NCBI GenBank assembly: GCA_963727775.1
Contig: CAVSHB010000004.1
Span: forward strand, 256,001 to 320,000
Source: an uncultured Nitrospiraceae bacterium
Lineage (GTDB): Bacteria; Nitrospirota; Thermodesulfovibrionia; Thermodesulfovibrionales; SM23-35
Length of the DNA stretch: 64,000 bases
Direction of reading: 5' to 3'
The position numbers and the translations under genes are program-made. Each line of letters opens with the position of its first letter. Within the stretch, counting starts at the first letter, position 1. The notes beneath the pieces are model-generated. The model saw only the letters and a list, made by a program, of their open reading frames with translations, did not search any database and was not told where the DNA came from. Of the stretch, positions 40,994 to 51,885 are shown in pieces.

Positions 40994-42424
40994 TTACTCG
41001 ACCAATACCCTCAATGCGCCTCGTCTGTGCGGATGTTTCAGTTTTCTAAGAGCCTTTGCCTCTATCTGCCTGACCCTTTCACGCGTTATCGAAAAATGTC
41101 CGCCTATCTCTTCAAGGGTGTAGTCTTTCTCAAACCCTATGCCGAACCTCATCCTTATAATCTCGGCTTCCCTCTGTGACAGAGTATTGAGCACCTTCAG
41201 TACATGCTCCGTCACATTATTCCTTTCCGTATTGGAATACGGAGTCGGACTGTCCGCATCACTAACAAAATCCTCGAGTTTTGATTCATCATCTCCTACC
41301 GGAGTTTCAAGAGCTATGGGGTCTTGTATCGCTGTGAATACTTCTTCGATTTTTTCTGCTGATACTTCCAATCTTTTGGCGATCTCTTCCTTACTCGGTT
41401 CCCGCCCAAGCAGTTGTCTTAGTTCCCTGGATGCTTTAGTGGCTTTATTATAAAATTCCACTGCATGCACCGGGACTCTGATGGTCTTTGTTTGATCGAT
41501 CAGCGCCCTTGTTATCGCCTGTCTTATCCACCACGTCGCATATGTACTGAACTTAAACCCCATTTCATACTTAAACTTGTCTACGGCCCTCATGAGACCG
41601 ATATTCCCTTCCTGGATGAGATCAAGCAGGGCCAATCCCCTTCCCACGTAACTTTTGGAAATATTAATCACCAGTCTCAGGTTGTGGGTTATTAATTCAT
41701 TTTTTGCTTCACTTATAAGAGTCCTTGCCTTGGTTATCCTGTCCCATTTGGCCTTCAATTCATCTATCTTGATTCCAACCTCTGATTCGATCCGTTTGTA
41801 CTTGTCCTGGACTTCTTTGGCAACGGCATTGAGTTGTTGATAATTGCTGTCCTGTCTCTTTTTCCCTTTTATTATCTTTTTTAAATTCTTTAAAGTACTG
41901 TATCTTGCAATCTTTCTGTCCGTTATCTCTATTTCAAACATGAGATTGTCGAGTAACTTCAGGCTCATTTTAACGACTTTCTCTGCTTTTTCTTCCTTAG
42001 TATCATTCAAGTCCTCTTCGCCTTTTTCATCCAGATCCGCTTCCAGTTTCTCATATAAAGGCAGTGCTGTAACTATCTCTTTGATGATCTTCTTCCCTTC
42101 AACCAGCTTTTTGGCAAGCTCTCTTTCTTCGTCCCTCTTAAGCACTGAAATATTTCCCATCGAATGGAAATATGTCTGGACAATGTCCTCCATTTTTTCA
42201 GGCTTATCTTCTTTTTCTAAAGGCGCTTCTTCCTCACCTGTAATAAAATCGATATCCTGATCATCTATGACGTCAACTCCAGCATCATGGAGAAGGTCCA
42301 TAAGTTCTTTCAGCTCATCTATGGACAAATACTCTGCGGCAATATCATTTATTTCCGCATAGGTGAGCCTTCCATGACTCTTGCCCATATCAATAATCTC
42401 TTCAAAAATATCCTCTTTTTCCAT
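40994..42424 (-). CDS. RpoD-like sigma-70 factor (probable paralogue)
   Basis: Regions 1.1-4: [33 protein letters not shown]. No dnaG upstream. Confidence 0.9.
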   Translation of the reverse strand: MEKEDIFEEIIDMGKSHGRLTYAEINDIAAEYLSIDELKELMDLLHDAGVDVIDDQDIDFITGEEEAPLEKEDKPEKMEDIVQTYFHSMGNISVLKRDEERELAKKLVEGKKIIKEIVTALPLYEKLEADLDEKGEEDLNDTKEEKAEKVVKMSLKLLDNLMFEIEITDRKIARYSTLKNLKKIIKGKKRQDSNYQQLNAVAKEVQDKYKRIESEVGIKIDELKAKWDRITKARTLISEAKNELITHNLRLVINISKSYVGRGLALLDLIQEGNIGLMRAVDKFKYEMGFKFSTYATWWIRQAITRALIDQTKTIRVPVHAVEFYNKATKASRELRQLLGREPSKEEIAKRLEVSAEKIEEVFTAIQDPIALETPVGDDESKLEDFVSDADSPTPYSNTERNNVTEHVLKVLNTLSQREAEIIRMRFGIGFEKDYTLEEIGGHFSITRERVRQIEAKALRKLKHPHRRGALRVLVE

Positions 42425-42605
42425 GAGACTCCTTAAAATAAATTTGTTAATTTTTCTTGGTCAATTTACGTCTATTCTTTTTTTCACTTATTTATTTTTA
42501 ATATAAGTTAATAATATGAAGAAATAATGAAGAAAATATGAAAGAATGTGAAGAATCGGCTAACCGTTGCTTTTTGAAACGATTTCCGAAAATTATAGAA
42601 AATAA

Positions 42606-43298
42606 TTATTTATCCACTGCATCATCAAATCGGGCGCCGTCAAGTTTTGTACGTACCATATCCGCGGCTTTGAGTCGAGCGCCTCTTAAGTCAGCGCCTT
42701 CGAGGTCTGCTGCCATAAAGCTCACTTCGAGGATTTCGGTATCTCTGAGGTCCGCTGATGAGACATTTGCGCCGTTTAGGTCCGTTCCGTGCAACCTTGC
42801 CCCACGGAGATCGGCCCCGGAAAGATCAGCGCCTATCATGCTTGAACCAAAGGCATAAACATTCCGGAGTACAGACTTTACCGCATTTATTAAAACAGCT
42901 TCCGTCATTTGGAGATTAGCATCTGAAAGATCGGCTTTCTCAAAATGGGCGGAAGACATTTTTGAATTGGTAAAGTTCGCTTTCCTAAGATTCGCCTCGA
43001 AAAAGTCAGCGCCTATAAATGAAGCAAAGGTTAAGTCGGAGTTCTCAAGGTTAGCGTGTCTAAAGCTCGCACCGATGAAATTGGAACTGCTCATGTTGCA
43101 ATTAGATAAATCCGCATTGTCGAAATTCGACATGCAAACATTAGAACTGCTTAAGTTTGCACCCTGTAAATTGGAACCCGTAAACCGTACGGAGATCAGA
43201 TCAAGGTTACTCAGATCAAGCCCGGAAAGATCATGGTCCGAAACATCACCAATTTCATAGGCTATTTTTTTTACTTGTGCCCTTGAAAGCCTTTCCAA
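42606..43298 (-). CDS. Pentapeptide repeat protein
   Basis: Continuous A(D/N)Lxx repeats. Confidence 0.9.
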   Translation of the reverse strand: MERLSRAQVKKIAYEIGDVSDHDLSGLDLSNLDLISVRFTGSNLQGANLSSSNVCMSNFDNADLSNCNMSSSNFIGASFRHANLENSDLTFASFIGADFFEANLRKANFTNSKMSSAHFEKADLSDANLQMTEAVLINAVKSVLRNVYAFGSSMIGADLSGADLRGARLHGTDLNGANVSSADLRDTEILEVSFMAADLEGADLRGARLKAADMVRTKLDGARFDDAVDK

Positions 43299-43338
43299 TT
43301 TCCCGGCCCCCTTAAAATAAGATAATTTCTTTTATCCA

Positions 43339-43800
43339 CTATTGTTCGGCCACCTCGCCTGCGATACTCCTTAGCATATCTTTCTTGCCGATAATTCCGG
43401 TAAGTTTCCCTTCCTTTGTGACCGGCAGGAGATGGATCTTCTTCTCTGCCATTATCGTAGCAATATAGTCAACGGTTGCTTCTTCATCTACGGTAATCAC
43501 TTCTTTCGAACAAATTTCGTCCACATCCGATGCAGCCATCCTTTTGATATCACTCTCCAGTTTGCTCGTGCCCAAAGGGATATAAGCGTCAAAAAGCCTT
43601 AATATGGTAGGGATATGGAGCCTGCTGTTTTTGCTTATCAGATCATTTTCAGTAACTATACCTATTAAATTTCCATTATGGTCAACCACAGGCGCGCCGC
43701 TGATTTGATGTTTCATAAGTATCCGGGCAAGCTCCTCTAAAGTGGTGGCCGGTTTAACCGTTATTACCTTTGTTGTCATTATGTTCTTTGCCTTCAGCAT
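43339..43800 (-). CDS. CBS-pair protein
   Basis: IMTTKVITV, ISGAPVVD..G.LIGIVTENDL. Confidence 0.9.
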   Translation of the reverse strand: MLKAKNIMTTKVITVKPATTLEELARILMKHQISGAPVVDHNGNLIGIVTENDLISKNSRLHIPTILRLFDAYIPLGTSKLESDIKRMAASDVDEICSKEVITVDEEATVDYIATIMAEKKIHLLPVTKEGKLTGIIGKKDMLRSIAGEVAEQ

Positions 43801-43847
43801 GCCATCTCCTTTAATAATTTTATTTGCTGTTTTTTAAGAATTCTATC

Positions 43848-45497
43848 TTATCCGCTCTTCTTTTGTTTCATGGAATCGTCAACCGAATCAGCCCGGTAAT
43901 ACTCACCATGCCCTGGGAAAATGATTGCATACTTCCCATCTCCCTTCAAGTTACTATCCAGAGCCATTATAACATCTCTGAGGGCATCCGATTCTTTCCT
44001 GAAAAGCCGGCTGTCGCTGTTGGGATTCGTCAGGAGGTACCTGTATACACTAAGGATGTCACGGTCTTCAGGAGACAACCTATGAATATTGATCAGGAAG
44101 TCGGACGTAAAGACAAGTCCGTGTTCCCTGCTCAGGAAAAATACATGTCCGGGGATATGGCCGCCGTGACTTTCGAGGACCTGGAATTTAATATTGCCTA
44201 TTTTAAAGACATCAATGATTTTAAATTCCCTTTCTTTACCGATGCTTACCTGGGAAAAATAACGGGCTTTTTCAGGAAACCTACAGTCGGTAAATTTGTT
44301 AATAAGTCTCGTGTAATATTTATTAAGGTTGGACAATCTGCCGGACGCTCCGTATGCCCTGTTATTATGTTCTATAACACCTCTGCCGTCGGGGTGCATA
44401 AATACATCGGCGCCGAATTCTTCCGCAAAATACCCTGTTGTACCCGCATGGTCGGCATCCGGATGTGTAAGGAATATCCTCCTGACCTTCGAAGGGTCCA
44501 GTGATTTCTTTCTCATCAGCTTTTTAATGTCCTCATAATATACCCCGTACCCGGAATCAATCATGGTCATCTCATCATCATGCAGGAACAGGTAGATATT
44601 TTCGGTTGTCGGAAGGCGAAAGCTGTAAAGCACGACCCTTTCATCTATCCGAATCAAAGGCATCTCGATTACTGAAAACCTGTCACCGGCCTTACTCCTC
44701 GATTTAGACGCCAGGGCCAGTATCTTTTCAAATACATCCCCTGCATCGAGGGAGTTTCCCGCCTCCTCGTAAAACTTGATAAGGTCGGCATACAACTCCT
44801 GAGAAGAGTCGACTATCGACTTTAATTCATTGAAGTCTCTGTCTGCCAGAAGTCTGCGCAGTCTCAGGAAAAACTTTTCGACCAGCTTCAGTCCGATAAT
44901 GTGTTCTACTTCTTTTTCATCAGCCCCCTTATATAAAACCCGATAGTAATAACCGGCTTTATTGACCGCATCCAATACCCTGTCGATTTCTTCAAGGTCC
45001 TTTGTAGCCAGCGCGATAACCGCGGACTCCGGATCGATATCTTCGTCGTAGAGCATATAGATGACATTCGCGTCATGTGCTTTGAGAAGGTCCGCAAACG
45101 CGGCAAGGGTACCCGGTTTATTCACAAGACGCACTTTTATCTGAAGAATGTTCTTAAGGCTCGTAATCTGAACATCGTCTTTCTCCACGCAGGTTTCTTC
45201 AAAGATATACCAGTTCATTGCCAAAGAACTTAAAAGTGCTTCAAGATCGTTCTGCGCCGGCATCAGGACTTCAACTACAACACGGTTGCTGTGAACAGAC
45301 CTGTCATAATGGAAAAAACTGATATTGCCTCCGGAGCCGGCTATTAATAAGGCAAGGTCGGCGAGAGAACCGGGCCGGTCCTGGAGAAACACGCAGAATT
45401 TTACAACAATCTCCTTTGTTTCTTCAGCCGGAACGGAAACGCGCTTATATATTTTTACGGGCAACATGGAAAGATAATGCAAAAGCCTGTCCTTCAT
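43848..45497 (-). CDS. Tandem ACT domains fused to a metallo-beta-lactamase-fold hydrolase
   Basis: DRPGSLADL and NKPGTLAAF (ACT); THPDADH, GHIPGH, SD, PGHG (MBL). Confidence 0.85.
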   Translation of the reverse strand: MKDRLLHYLSMLPVKIYKRVSVPAEETKEIVVKFCVFLQDRPGSLADLALLIAGSGGNISFFHYDRSVHSNRVVVEVLMPAQNDLEALLSSLAMNWYIFEETCVEKDDVQITSLKNILQIKVRLVNKPGTLAAFADLLKAHDANVIYMLYDEDIDPESAVIALATKDLEEIDRVLDAVNKAGYYYRVLYKGADEKEVEHIIGLKLVEKFFLRLRRLLADRDFNELKSIVDSSQELYADLIKFYEEAGNSLDAGDVFEKILALASKSRSKAGDRFSVIEMPLIRIDERVVLYSFRLPTTENIYLFLHDDEMTMIDSGYGVYYEDIKKLMRKKSLDPSKVRRIFLTHPDADHAGTTGYFAEEFGADVFMHPDGRGVIEHNNRAYGASGRLSNLNKYYTRLINKFTDCRFPEKARYFSQVSIGKEREFKIIDVFKIGNIKFQVLESHGGHIPGHVFFLSREHGLVFTSDFLINIHRLSPEDRDILSVYRYLLTNPNSDSRLFRKESDALRDVIMALDSNLKGDGKYAIIFPGHGEYYRADSVDDSMKQKKSG

Positions 45498-45508
45498 TGG
45501 ATCAAATA

Positions 45509-46405
45509 TTACAGATTCAGTTTCGTTAACGAAACTGGGTTTACATTTATATTAAGCACCTTGACCCCGAAATGGAGATGGGGCCCGGTCGCCCTGCCTG
45601 TTGACCCGACCAAACCTATCACATCCCCTTTTAAGACGACATCTTCCGTGCGGATATTCATTTTAGACAAGTGCATATAAATAGAATATATTCCCTGTCC
45701 ATGGTCGATGATGATTGTATTTCCTCCGAAAAAAAGATTTTCGGCCAAAACAACCTTGCCCCTGTTTGACGCCTTTATTTCCTCACCGTCGGCGCCCTTT
45801 ATGTCCACCCCTTTGTGCACGCTTGTCCATTTACCGTTCATTATCCTCTCCGTACCGAACGGGGTCAATAAACAGTTTTCAAGCGGGAGCATAAAACCGC
45901 CGTCCCAGAGCTTTTCGGATACTGTCGAAAAAATTGCGCTCAATTTTTCATCTTCTTTTTTAGACCTCATAAGATCTTCGGGTTTTAAAACCACTTTATC
46001 CTCGGGCAGAGTGATTTTTATCTGCCGGAAATGCGCTTTCTTAACACGTAATTTCAGATTCTTCTTCTTTTCACCGATTATCACTTCTACCGCGTATACC
46101 GCAGGTTTTGTTTTTATATCAACCGCTCCGACGGCAACATAACAGTCCGCCCCGCAACTGTTGAAACTGAACTTTGTGTTTTCTAAGGAAGCGGACGGCA
46201 CACTTGCAGTTTTTGACCCGGTTACCTTAATGAGGAATACGTCTCCGGGCATGACCTTTGTTGGAAAAACCTCCACCCGCAATGTTCTCGCATATGCATG
46301 GTGTGAAAGAATAAAAATTGTGGTTACTATTAGAGATACAACAATCAAAAAAGTTCGGGTATTCTTTTGCAAAGGGTCCGAGTATATCTTTTTTATGAGT
46401 TTCAT
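45509..46405 (-). CDS. M23 family metallopeptidase
   Basis: HKGVD, YMHLS, GPHLHF. Confidence 0.9.
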   Translation of the reverse strand: MKLIKKIYSDPLQKNTRTFLIVVSLIVTTIFILSHHAYARTLRVEVFPTKVMPGDVFLIKVTGSKTASVPSASLENTKFSFNSCGADCYVAVGAVDIKTKPAVYAVEVIIGEKKKNLKLRVKKAHFRQIKITLPEDKVVLKPEDLMRSKKEDEKLSAIFSTVSEKLWDGGFMLPLENCLLTPFGTERIMNGKWTSVHKGVDIKGADGEEIKASNRGKVVLAENLFFGGNTIIIDHGQGIYSIYMHLSKMNIRTEDVVLKGDVIGLVGSTGRATGPHLHFGVKVLNINVNPVSLTKLNL

Positions 46406-46440
46406 TTCCCAATCACATGAATCTTTGCGCTTGATGAAGA

Positions 46441-47346
46441 TTACGTTAAAAGAAACTCTAACAGCGCCTTCTGGGTATGGAGTCTGTTTTCCGCCTGATC
46501 GAAAACAAAGCTGCGGGGACCGTCGAAAACTTCATCGGTTATCTCTTCGCCCCTGTGAGCAGGCATACAGTGAAGCACGATCACATCTTTATCCGCATAC
46601 GAAAGGAGTCCACTGTTTATCTGGTAATTGTTAAATTTCCGCTTTTTCAACGAAGCTTCCTTCTCCTGTCCCATGCTGACCCATACATCCGTATAGACAA
46701 CATCCGCGTCCGAGACTGCTTCTTTGGGGTCGTTAACAACGCGGACACTGCCTTTTGCAGATTCCATCGACTTCATCAAAACATCGCGGTCCGGCTCATA
46801 GCCTTTAGGGCAGGCTATGACAAAATTCATGCCCATTAAAGAGGCCGCCTCGATTAAAGAATTTGCCACATTATTCCCGTCTCCCACATAAGCAAAGCGG
46901 ATACCTTTCAGCCGTCCTTTCTTTTCAACGACCGTCATTAAGTCTCCAAGTGCCTGGCATGGGTGATGCAAGTCACTGAGACCGTTGATCACCGGAACAG
47001 AAGCATAAGATGCAAATTCCGTAAGGGCAGCATGGCTGTAAGTCCTTATAACAATTGCGTCAAGATACCGTGAAAGCACTTTGGCCGTATCATGGAGAGT
47101 TTCTCCCCTGCCGATCTGAATCTCCTTCGGGTTCATATAAATGGCCTGTGCGCCGAGCTGATAAATACCCGCTTCCAGTGATACCCGCGTTCTTGTGGAA
47201 GACTTTTCAAACAGGAGGCCGATGCTTTGTCCTATCAGAGGGCATTTACCCCGGTCTTTCCCGGATTTCAGTTCAATCGCCTTTTTGAGGAGACGCTTTA
47301 TCTCTTTAGATGTCAAATCCCGCAATGTCAAAAAATCTCTTTTCAT
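46441..47346 (-). CDS. argF: Ornithine carbamoyltransferase
   Basis: STRTR, HPCQ, SMG, HCMP. Confidence 0.95.
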   Translation of the reverse strand: MKRDFLTLRDLTSKEIKRLLKKAIELKSGKDRGKCPLIGQSIGLLFEKSSTRTRVSLEAGIYQLGAQAIYMNPKEIQIGRGETLHDTAKVLSRYLDAIVIRTYSHAALTEFASYASVPVINGLSDLHHPCQALGDLMTVVEKKGRLKGIRFAYVGDGNNVANSLIEAASLMGMNFVIACPKGYEPDRDVLMKSMESAKGSVRVVNDPKEAVSDADVVYTDVWVSMGQEKEASLKKRKFNNYQINSGLLSYADKDVIVLHCMPAHRGEEITDEVFDGPRSFVFDQAENRLHTQKALLEFLLT

Positions 47347-47378
47347 GTGCGCGCGAACCTTCTCTCAACCATCAAGTT

Positions 47379-48578
47379 TTATGATAATCCTGAAAAGACT
47401 TCCTTCAGAACATTCATGAGCTGGTCGATATCTTTACGTTGTATAATCAGAGGCGGGATAAAGCGTAAAATATTTCCTGCCGTACAGTTTATCAGCATCC
47501 CCTGTTCGAGACATGCCTTCACTATAGAATCACCTTCTTTTGTCAATTCCATTCCAATGAGCAATCCTTTCCCCCTTACTTCCTTAATAAGTTTCGGGAA
47601 CGCTTCCTTAAGCTCTTCGAGTCTTTCCATAAAATACGCGCTCATCCTGTTACACTGGTCCAGGATAAAGCCATCTTCAAGGAGCGTTTCGATCGTCGCC
47701 ACCGCGGCTGCGCAGACGAGCGGGTTCCCGCCGAAAGTCGATGCATGGTTGCCCGGCTGAAAAGCAGAAGCAACCCTGTCCGTTGCAAGCATGGCTCCAA
47801 TTGGGACACCGCCGCCGAGCCCCTTCGCGATAGTCATTATGTCCGGAGTGACACCGAAGTGCTCATACGCAAAAAGTTTTCCAGTCCTGCCCATACCGGT
47901 TTGGACCTCATCAAATATGAGCAATAAATTTTTTTCGTCACATAGTCCTCTTACCTTTTTCAGATAGTCCATGTCAGGCAGTCTGACACCGCCTTCACCC
48001 TGTATCGGCTCCAATAAAACGGCACATGTATTTTCTGTTATGATCTTGCCGAGTGCATCGATATCATTGAAGGGAACATATTTAAAACCCGGCACCAGAG
48101 GTTCGAATCCCTTCTGGAATTTCTCCTGTCCGGTCGCCGTGAGCGCTGCGAGCGTCCTTCCATGAAATGAATTTTTTGCAGTCACTATCTCAAAATGTTC
48201 AGGACCGTTCTTTTCTTTTGAATATTTCCTCGCGAGTTTTATCGCCGCTTCAACCGCCTCAGCCCCTGAATTGCAGAAAAATACCTTATCCGCGAAGGAG
48301 TTCTCGATAAGCAGTTTCGCGAGCTTTATCTGCGGCTCTATGTAGTAATAATTCGAGACATGCAGCAGCCTCTGCGACTGTTTCTGGATTGCAACAACAA
48401 CACGCGGATGACAGTGTCCGAGGATATTTACCGCAACCCCGCCTACAAAATCGAGATACTCCCTGCCGTCGGAGCTCCATACCTTCATACCCCTTCCTTT
48501 TCTGAGGACAACAGGGTATCTGCCGTACGTATTCATAATATAGCGGCTTGATTCTTCGAAGCATTTTTTGATGTCCAT
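47379..48578 (-). CDS. argD: Acetylornithine aminotransferase
   Basis: NSGAEA, FHGRT, DEVQTG, AKGLGGG; adjacent to argF. Confidence 0.93.
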   Translation of the reverse strand: MDIKKCFEESSRYIMNTYGRYPVVLRKGRGMKVWSSDGREYLDFVGGVAVNILGHCHPRVVVAIQKQSQRLLHVSNYYYIEPQIKLAKLLIENSFADKVFFCNSGAEAVEAAIKLARKYSKEKNGPEHFEIVTAKNSFHGRTLAALTATGQEKFQKGFEPLVPGFKYVPFNDIDALGKIITENTCAVLLEPIQGEGGVRLPDMDYLKKVRGLCDEKNLLLIFDEVQTGMGRTGKLFAYEHFGVTPDIMTIAKGLGGGVPIGAMLATDRVASAFQPGNHASTFGGNPLVCAAAVATIETLLEDGFILDQCNRMSAYFMERLEELKEAFPKLIKEVRGKGLLIGMELTKEGDSIVKACLEQGMLINCTAGNILRFIPPLIIQRKDIDQLMNVLKEVFSGLS

Positions 48579-48757
48579 GTGTGTGATGATAACGGAAAAT
48601 ACATTGAAAAATCAAACAGATTGTGCCCATTCCGAGAAACGCTGCGTCGGCAATGGAATGTCTCCCCTCTGCTGAATGCTCGCATATACTTGCATTATCT
48701 GGTTTACTTTATATATATAAATATATTAAAATTTAAGACTTTTAAGGAGGTGATGTT

Positions 48758-48994
48758 TTGGTTAAGATAAGACTTACAAGATTAGGCGCACACAAAAGAC
48801 CTTTCTACAGGGTTATAGTAGCCGATTCCAGAGCAAGAAGGGATGGCCCATTTATTGAGATTCTCGGGACGTACGATCCCTTGAAAGAACCTTCAGAGAT
48901 AAAGATTGACCTGGAAAAGGCCAAACTTTGGATGCAGCAGGGAGCACAACCTACCGATAGCGTTAAAAAGCTTATGCATAGGGCCGGCTTATAG
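48758..48994 (+). CDS. rpsP: 30S ribosomal protein S16
   Basis: [23 protein letters not shown]. Confidence 0.97.
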   Translation: MVKIRLTRLGAHKRPFYRVIVADSRARRDGPFIEILGTYDPLKEPSEIKIDLEKAKLWMQQGAQPTDSVKKLMHRAGL

Positions 48995-49023
48995 GCGGCC
49001 CATAACTCGTATGGAGGTGGAAT

Positions 49024-49254
49024 ATGAAAGACTTAGTAGAAAAGATGGCGAAGGCCCTGGTAGACAGGCCTGAAGAGGTTAATGTTACGGAAGTTGACGG
49101 AGAAAAAACCACAGTCTTTGAACTCAGAGTTGCACAGACTGATCTCGGAAAGGTCATCGGAAAACAAGGGAAAACAGCGCGCGCAATGAGGACGATACTC
49201 AGCGCCTCCGGGACAAAAATAGGCAAGCGCTGCGTGCTTGAAATACTCGAATAA
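49024..49254 (+). CDS. khpA: KH-domain RNA-binding protein
   Basis: [17 protein letters not shown]. Confidence 0.92.
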   Translation: MKDLVEKMAKALVDRPEEVNVTEVDGEKTTVFELRVAQTDLGKVIGKQGKTARAMRTILSASGTKIGKRCVLEILE

Positions 49255-49400
49255 ATATGCTCCTTATCGGGATGTATCAGTTGTTTCTCGCATCCCGGGT
49301 AAAGTAGAATTTAATAAAAAAGGGGTAGGAACGAAAGTAACATTTCATCTTACCCCTTAATCTTTTCAGTTCAACAGATTATCTACAGTAAGACCCGAAA

Positions 49401-50138
49401 ATGAAATTCGAAATAATCACGATCTTCCCCGAAATATTCCATGCTTATTTAGGCGAAGGGATACTCAGAAGGGCACTGCAGAAAGGATCGGTCGAGATAA
49501 ATGTCCATAATCTGCGGGATCATACAAAAGACAAACACAGGACTGTTGATGATTACCCGTATGGCGGCGGTTCAGGAATGGTCATGAAGCCTGAACCTTT
49601 TTTTGAAGCTGTCGAGACACTGCAGCCTGATAACACACGAAGGAGAGTGATCATGCTCAGCCCTGCGGGCAAGAGATTTGACCAGGACATGGCAATGGAA
49701 CTTTCTCAGGACAAAAGACAGCTTATTCTTCTATGCGGACGATACGAAGCTATCGATGACAGGGTAAGAACAGCATTGGCCGATGACGAGGTATCTGCCG
49801 GAGATTACATATTGACTGGCGGAGAACTGCCCGCTTTGGTTATAATAGACGCCGTTACGAGATTAATCCCCGGCGTGCTCGGCGACGAGCATTCTGCCGA
49901 GGAAGAGTCATTTTCATGGGGAATACTCGACTATCCCCATTATACGAGGCCCCCGGTATTCAGGGGTCTGGCAGTACCTGATATTTTGCTCTCCGGAAAC
50001 CACGGAGATATTTTAAGATGGAGGCGCAAAGAAGCGCTGCGGCGTACTTTGCTGGGGAGACCCGATCTCCTTGAAAAACACGGGCAGAGCGATAAAGACT
50101 GTATATTAATGAACGAAATAAAGGAGGAAATACAATGA
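49401..50138 (+). CDS. trmD: tRNA (guanine-N1)-methyltransferase
   Basis: [24 protein letters not shown]. Confidence 0.97.
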   Translation: MKFEIITIFPEIFHAYLGEGILRRALQKGSVEINVHNLRDHTKDKHRTVDDYPYGGGSGMVMKPEPFFEAVETLQPDNTRRRVIMLSPAGKRFDQDMAMELSQDKRQLILLCGRYEAIDDRVRTALADDEVSAGDYILTGGELPALVIIDAVTRLIPGVLGDEHSAEEESFSWGILDYPHYTRPPVFRGLAVPDILLSGNHGDILRWRRKEALRRTLLGRPDLLEKHGQSDKDCILMNEIKEEIQ

Positions 50139-50515
50139 GTTTGATGGGAGCCGTTGAGGAAAGCTTTAAGAAAGACATTACAGCCTTCAATGTCGGAGAT
50201 ACCGTAAGAGTTTCAGTAAAGGTTGTTGAAGGGGACAAAGAAAGGATCCAGCCATATGACGGTGTTGTGATTGCAAGGAGTGGAGGCAGTTCAAAAGAAA
50301 TGTTCACCGTACGGAAAATGTCATTCGGTATCGGCGTAGAAAGGATATTCCCTCTCTATTCCCCTTCTATTGACAAGATAGAAGTTTTAAAGCAGGGTAG
50401 CGTGAGAAGGGCAAAGCTGTATTATCTGAGAGGCAAGAAGGGTAAAGCGGCAAAAGTCAAGGAAAAAGAAAGGTTCTTTGAACCAAAAGCCGTCGAAAGC
50501 CGGCCAGCGGAATAA
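50135..50515 (+). CDS. rplS: 50S ribosomal protein L19
   Basis: [17 protein letters not shown]. Confidence 0.97.
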   Translation: MSLMGAVEESFKKDITAFNVGDTVRVSVKVVEGDKERIQPYDGVVIARSGGSSKEMFTVRKMSFGIGVERIFPLYSPSIDKIEVLKQGSVRRAKLYYLRGKKGKAAKVKEKERFFEPKAVESRPAE

Positions 50516-50581
50516 CACGGTTTTAATATAAAACAGATATCTGCTTTATTATTTTAACTTTTTTTATTCACTGGTATCAGA

Positions 50582-51193
50582 ATGGACATTTACCAGTATG
50601 ATGAATCTCATAGAGAAAAGGGATTCCTGCGGATAGCCGGTATCGATGAGGCAGGCAGGGGTCCTTTGGCAGGTCCTGTTGTTGCCGCCGCAGTCGTTCT
50701 GAAGGAAGGTGCAAGGATTAAAGGGCTCAGGGATTCTAAAAAGGTCCCGGAGAAGGAAAGAGAAAAGCTTTTCCCCGAGATCCAAAGTTTTGCATTGGAT
50801 ATAGGCGTCGGCATTGTAGGACCTGAAGATATAGACAGGTTGAATATTCTGAGGGCGACCAGACTTGCGATGCAGCATGCTGTTGAAAACCTTTCCGCGC
50901 AACCGGACATGCTTATCATTGACGCCCTTTCCCTGCCCGCTATCCCTATAAAACAGCTTTCCCCGATAAAGGCGGAGAGCCTAAGCGCCTCGGTTGCTGC
51001 TGCATCAATAATTGCTAAAGTTACAAGGGACAGAATAATGCTCGATTACCACCGCAGATACCCGAGTTACGATTTCGAAAAACATAAAGGCTACTCCACG
51101 AAAGAACATCTTGAAATGTTACAACTCTACGGCCCGTGTCCCATTCACAGAAAAAGTTTTTTCAGGGTCATGACACTCGAATTGCCGTTTTGA
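50582..51193 (+). CDS. rnhB: Ribonuclease HII
   Basis: GIDEAGRGPLAGPV, DSKK, AASIIAKV. Confidence 0.96.
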   Translation: MDIYQYDESHREKGFLRIAGIDEAGRGPLAGPVVAAAVVLKEGARIKGLRDSKKVPEKEREKLFPEIQSFALDIGVGIVGPEDIDRLNILRATRLAMQHAVENLSAQPDMLIIDALSLPAIPIKQLSPIKAESLSASVAAASIIAKVTRDRIMLDYHRRYPSYDFEKHKGYSTKEHLEMLQLYGPCPIHRKSFFRVMTLELPF

Positions 51194-51223
51194 CTTTTGG
51201 CCGCTAATAGTTTAATTTAATCC

Positions 51224-51874
51224 ATGGACAAAGAACGGATAGATGAAGCGTTGGAATTGCTGTGGCTTCTCAACGAAGAAGATCATAACGGGCTCAACCG
51301 CTTCAGGCTAAGCTCGGAAGATGATGAGGTTGACGCACTCATTAACGTCTTAAAGGCAGAAGGATTGGTGGTCGTTTCCGGCGAGAGCATCAACTTTACC
51401 GAAAAAGGACGCGAAAAAGCTAAAGCCCTAATCCGGAGACTGCGCCTTGCAGAGCGGCTTTTCACGGACGTCTTCGAGATGCGCGGCGATACCGTTATAG
51501 CCGACGCGTGCAAGATGGAACATATATTAAGCGAAGAGCTTACCGACAGCGTGTGCACTTTCCTCGGCCACCCCCAGACGTGTCCTCACGGTTCTCCGAT
51601 CCCGAGGGGAGAATGCTGCAAGAAATATAAGGTTGAGGTCGAACCCGTTGTCACAAGGTTGTCCGAATTCGAGGTCGGCTCAAAGGGCAGGATTACCTTC
51701 ATCGTGCCGGCAAAACCTTCGAGGCTCAGCAAATTGAACTCTCTCGGGATAACCGCGGGGAGCATCATAAGACTCCTGCAAAGAAATCCTTCCTATGTCA
51801 TCCAGATAGACGAGACAACAGTAGCAATTGATCCTGAGATCGCAAAAGAAATATACATTAAAAAGGCTGTATAG
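51224..51874 (+). CDS. DtxR/MntR-family metal-dependent regulator with FeoA domain
   Basis: RLAERLF, ACKMEH, CPHGSPIP, C-terminal FeoA-like segment. Confidence 0.88.
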   Translation: MDKERIDEALELLWLLNEEDHNGLNRFRLSSEDDEVDALINVLKAEGLVVVSGESINFTEKGREKAKALIRRLRLAERLFTDVFEMRGDTVIADACKMEHILSEELTDSVCTFLGHPQTCPHGSPIPRGECCKKYKVEVEPVVTRLSEFEVGSKGRITFIVPAKPSRLSKLNSLGITAGSIIRLLQRNPSYVIQIDETTVAIDPEIAKEIYIKKAV

Positions 51875-51885
51875 ACAGCCTCCAA

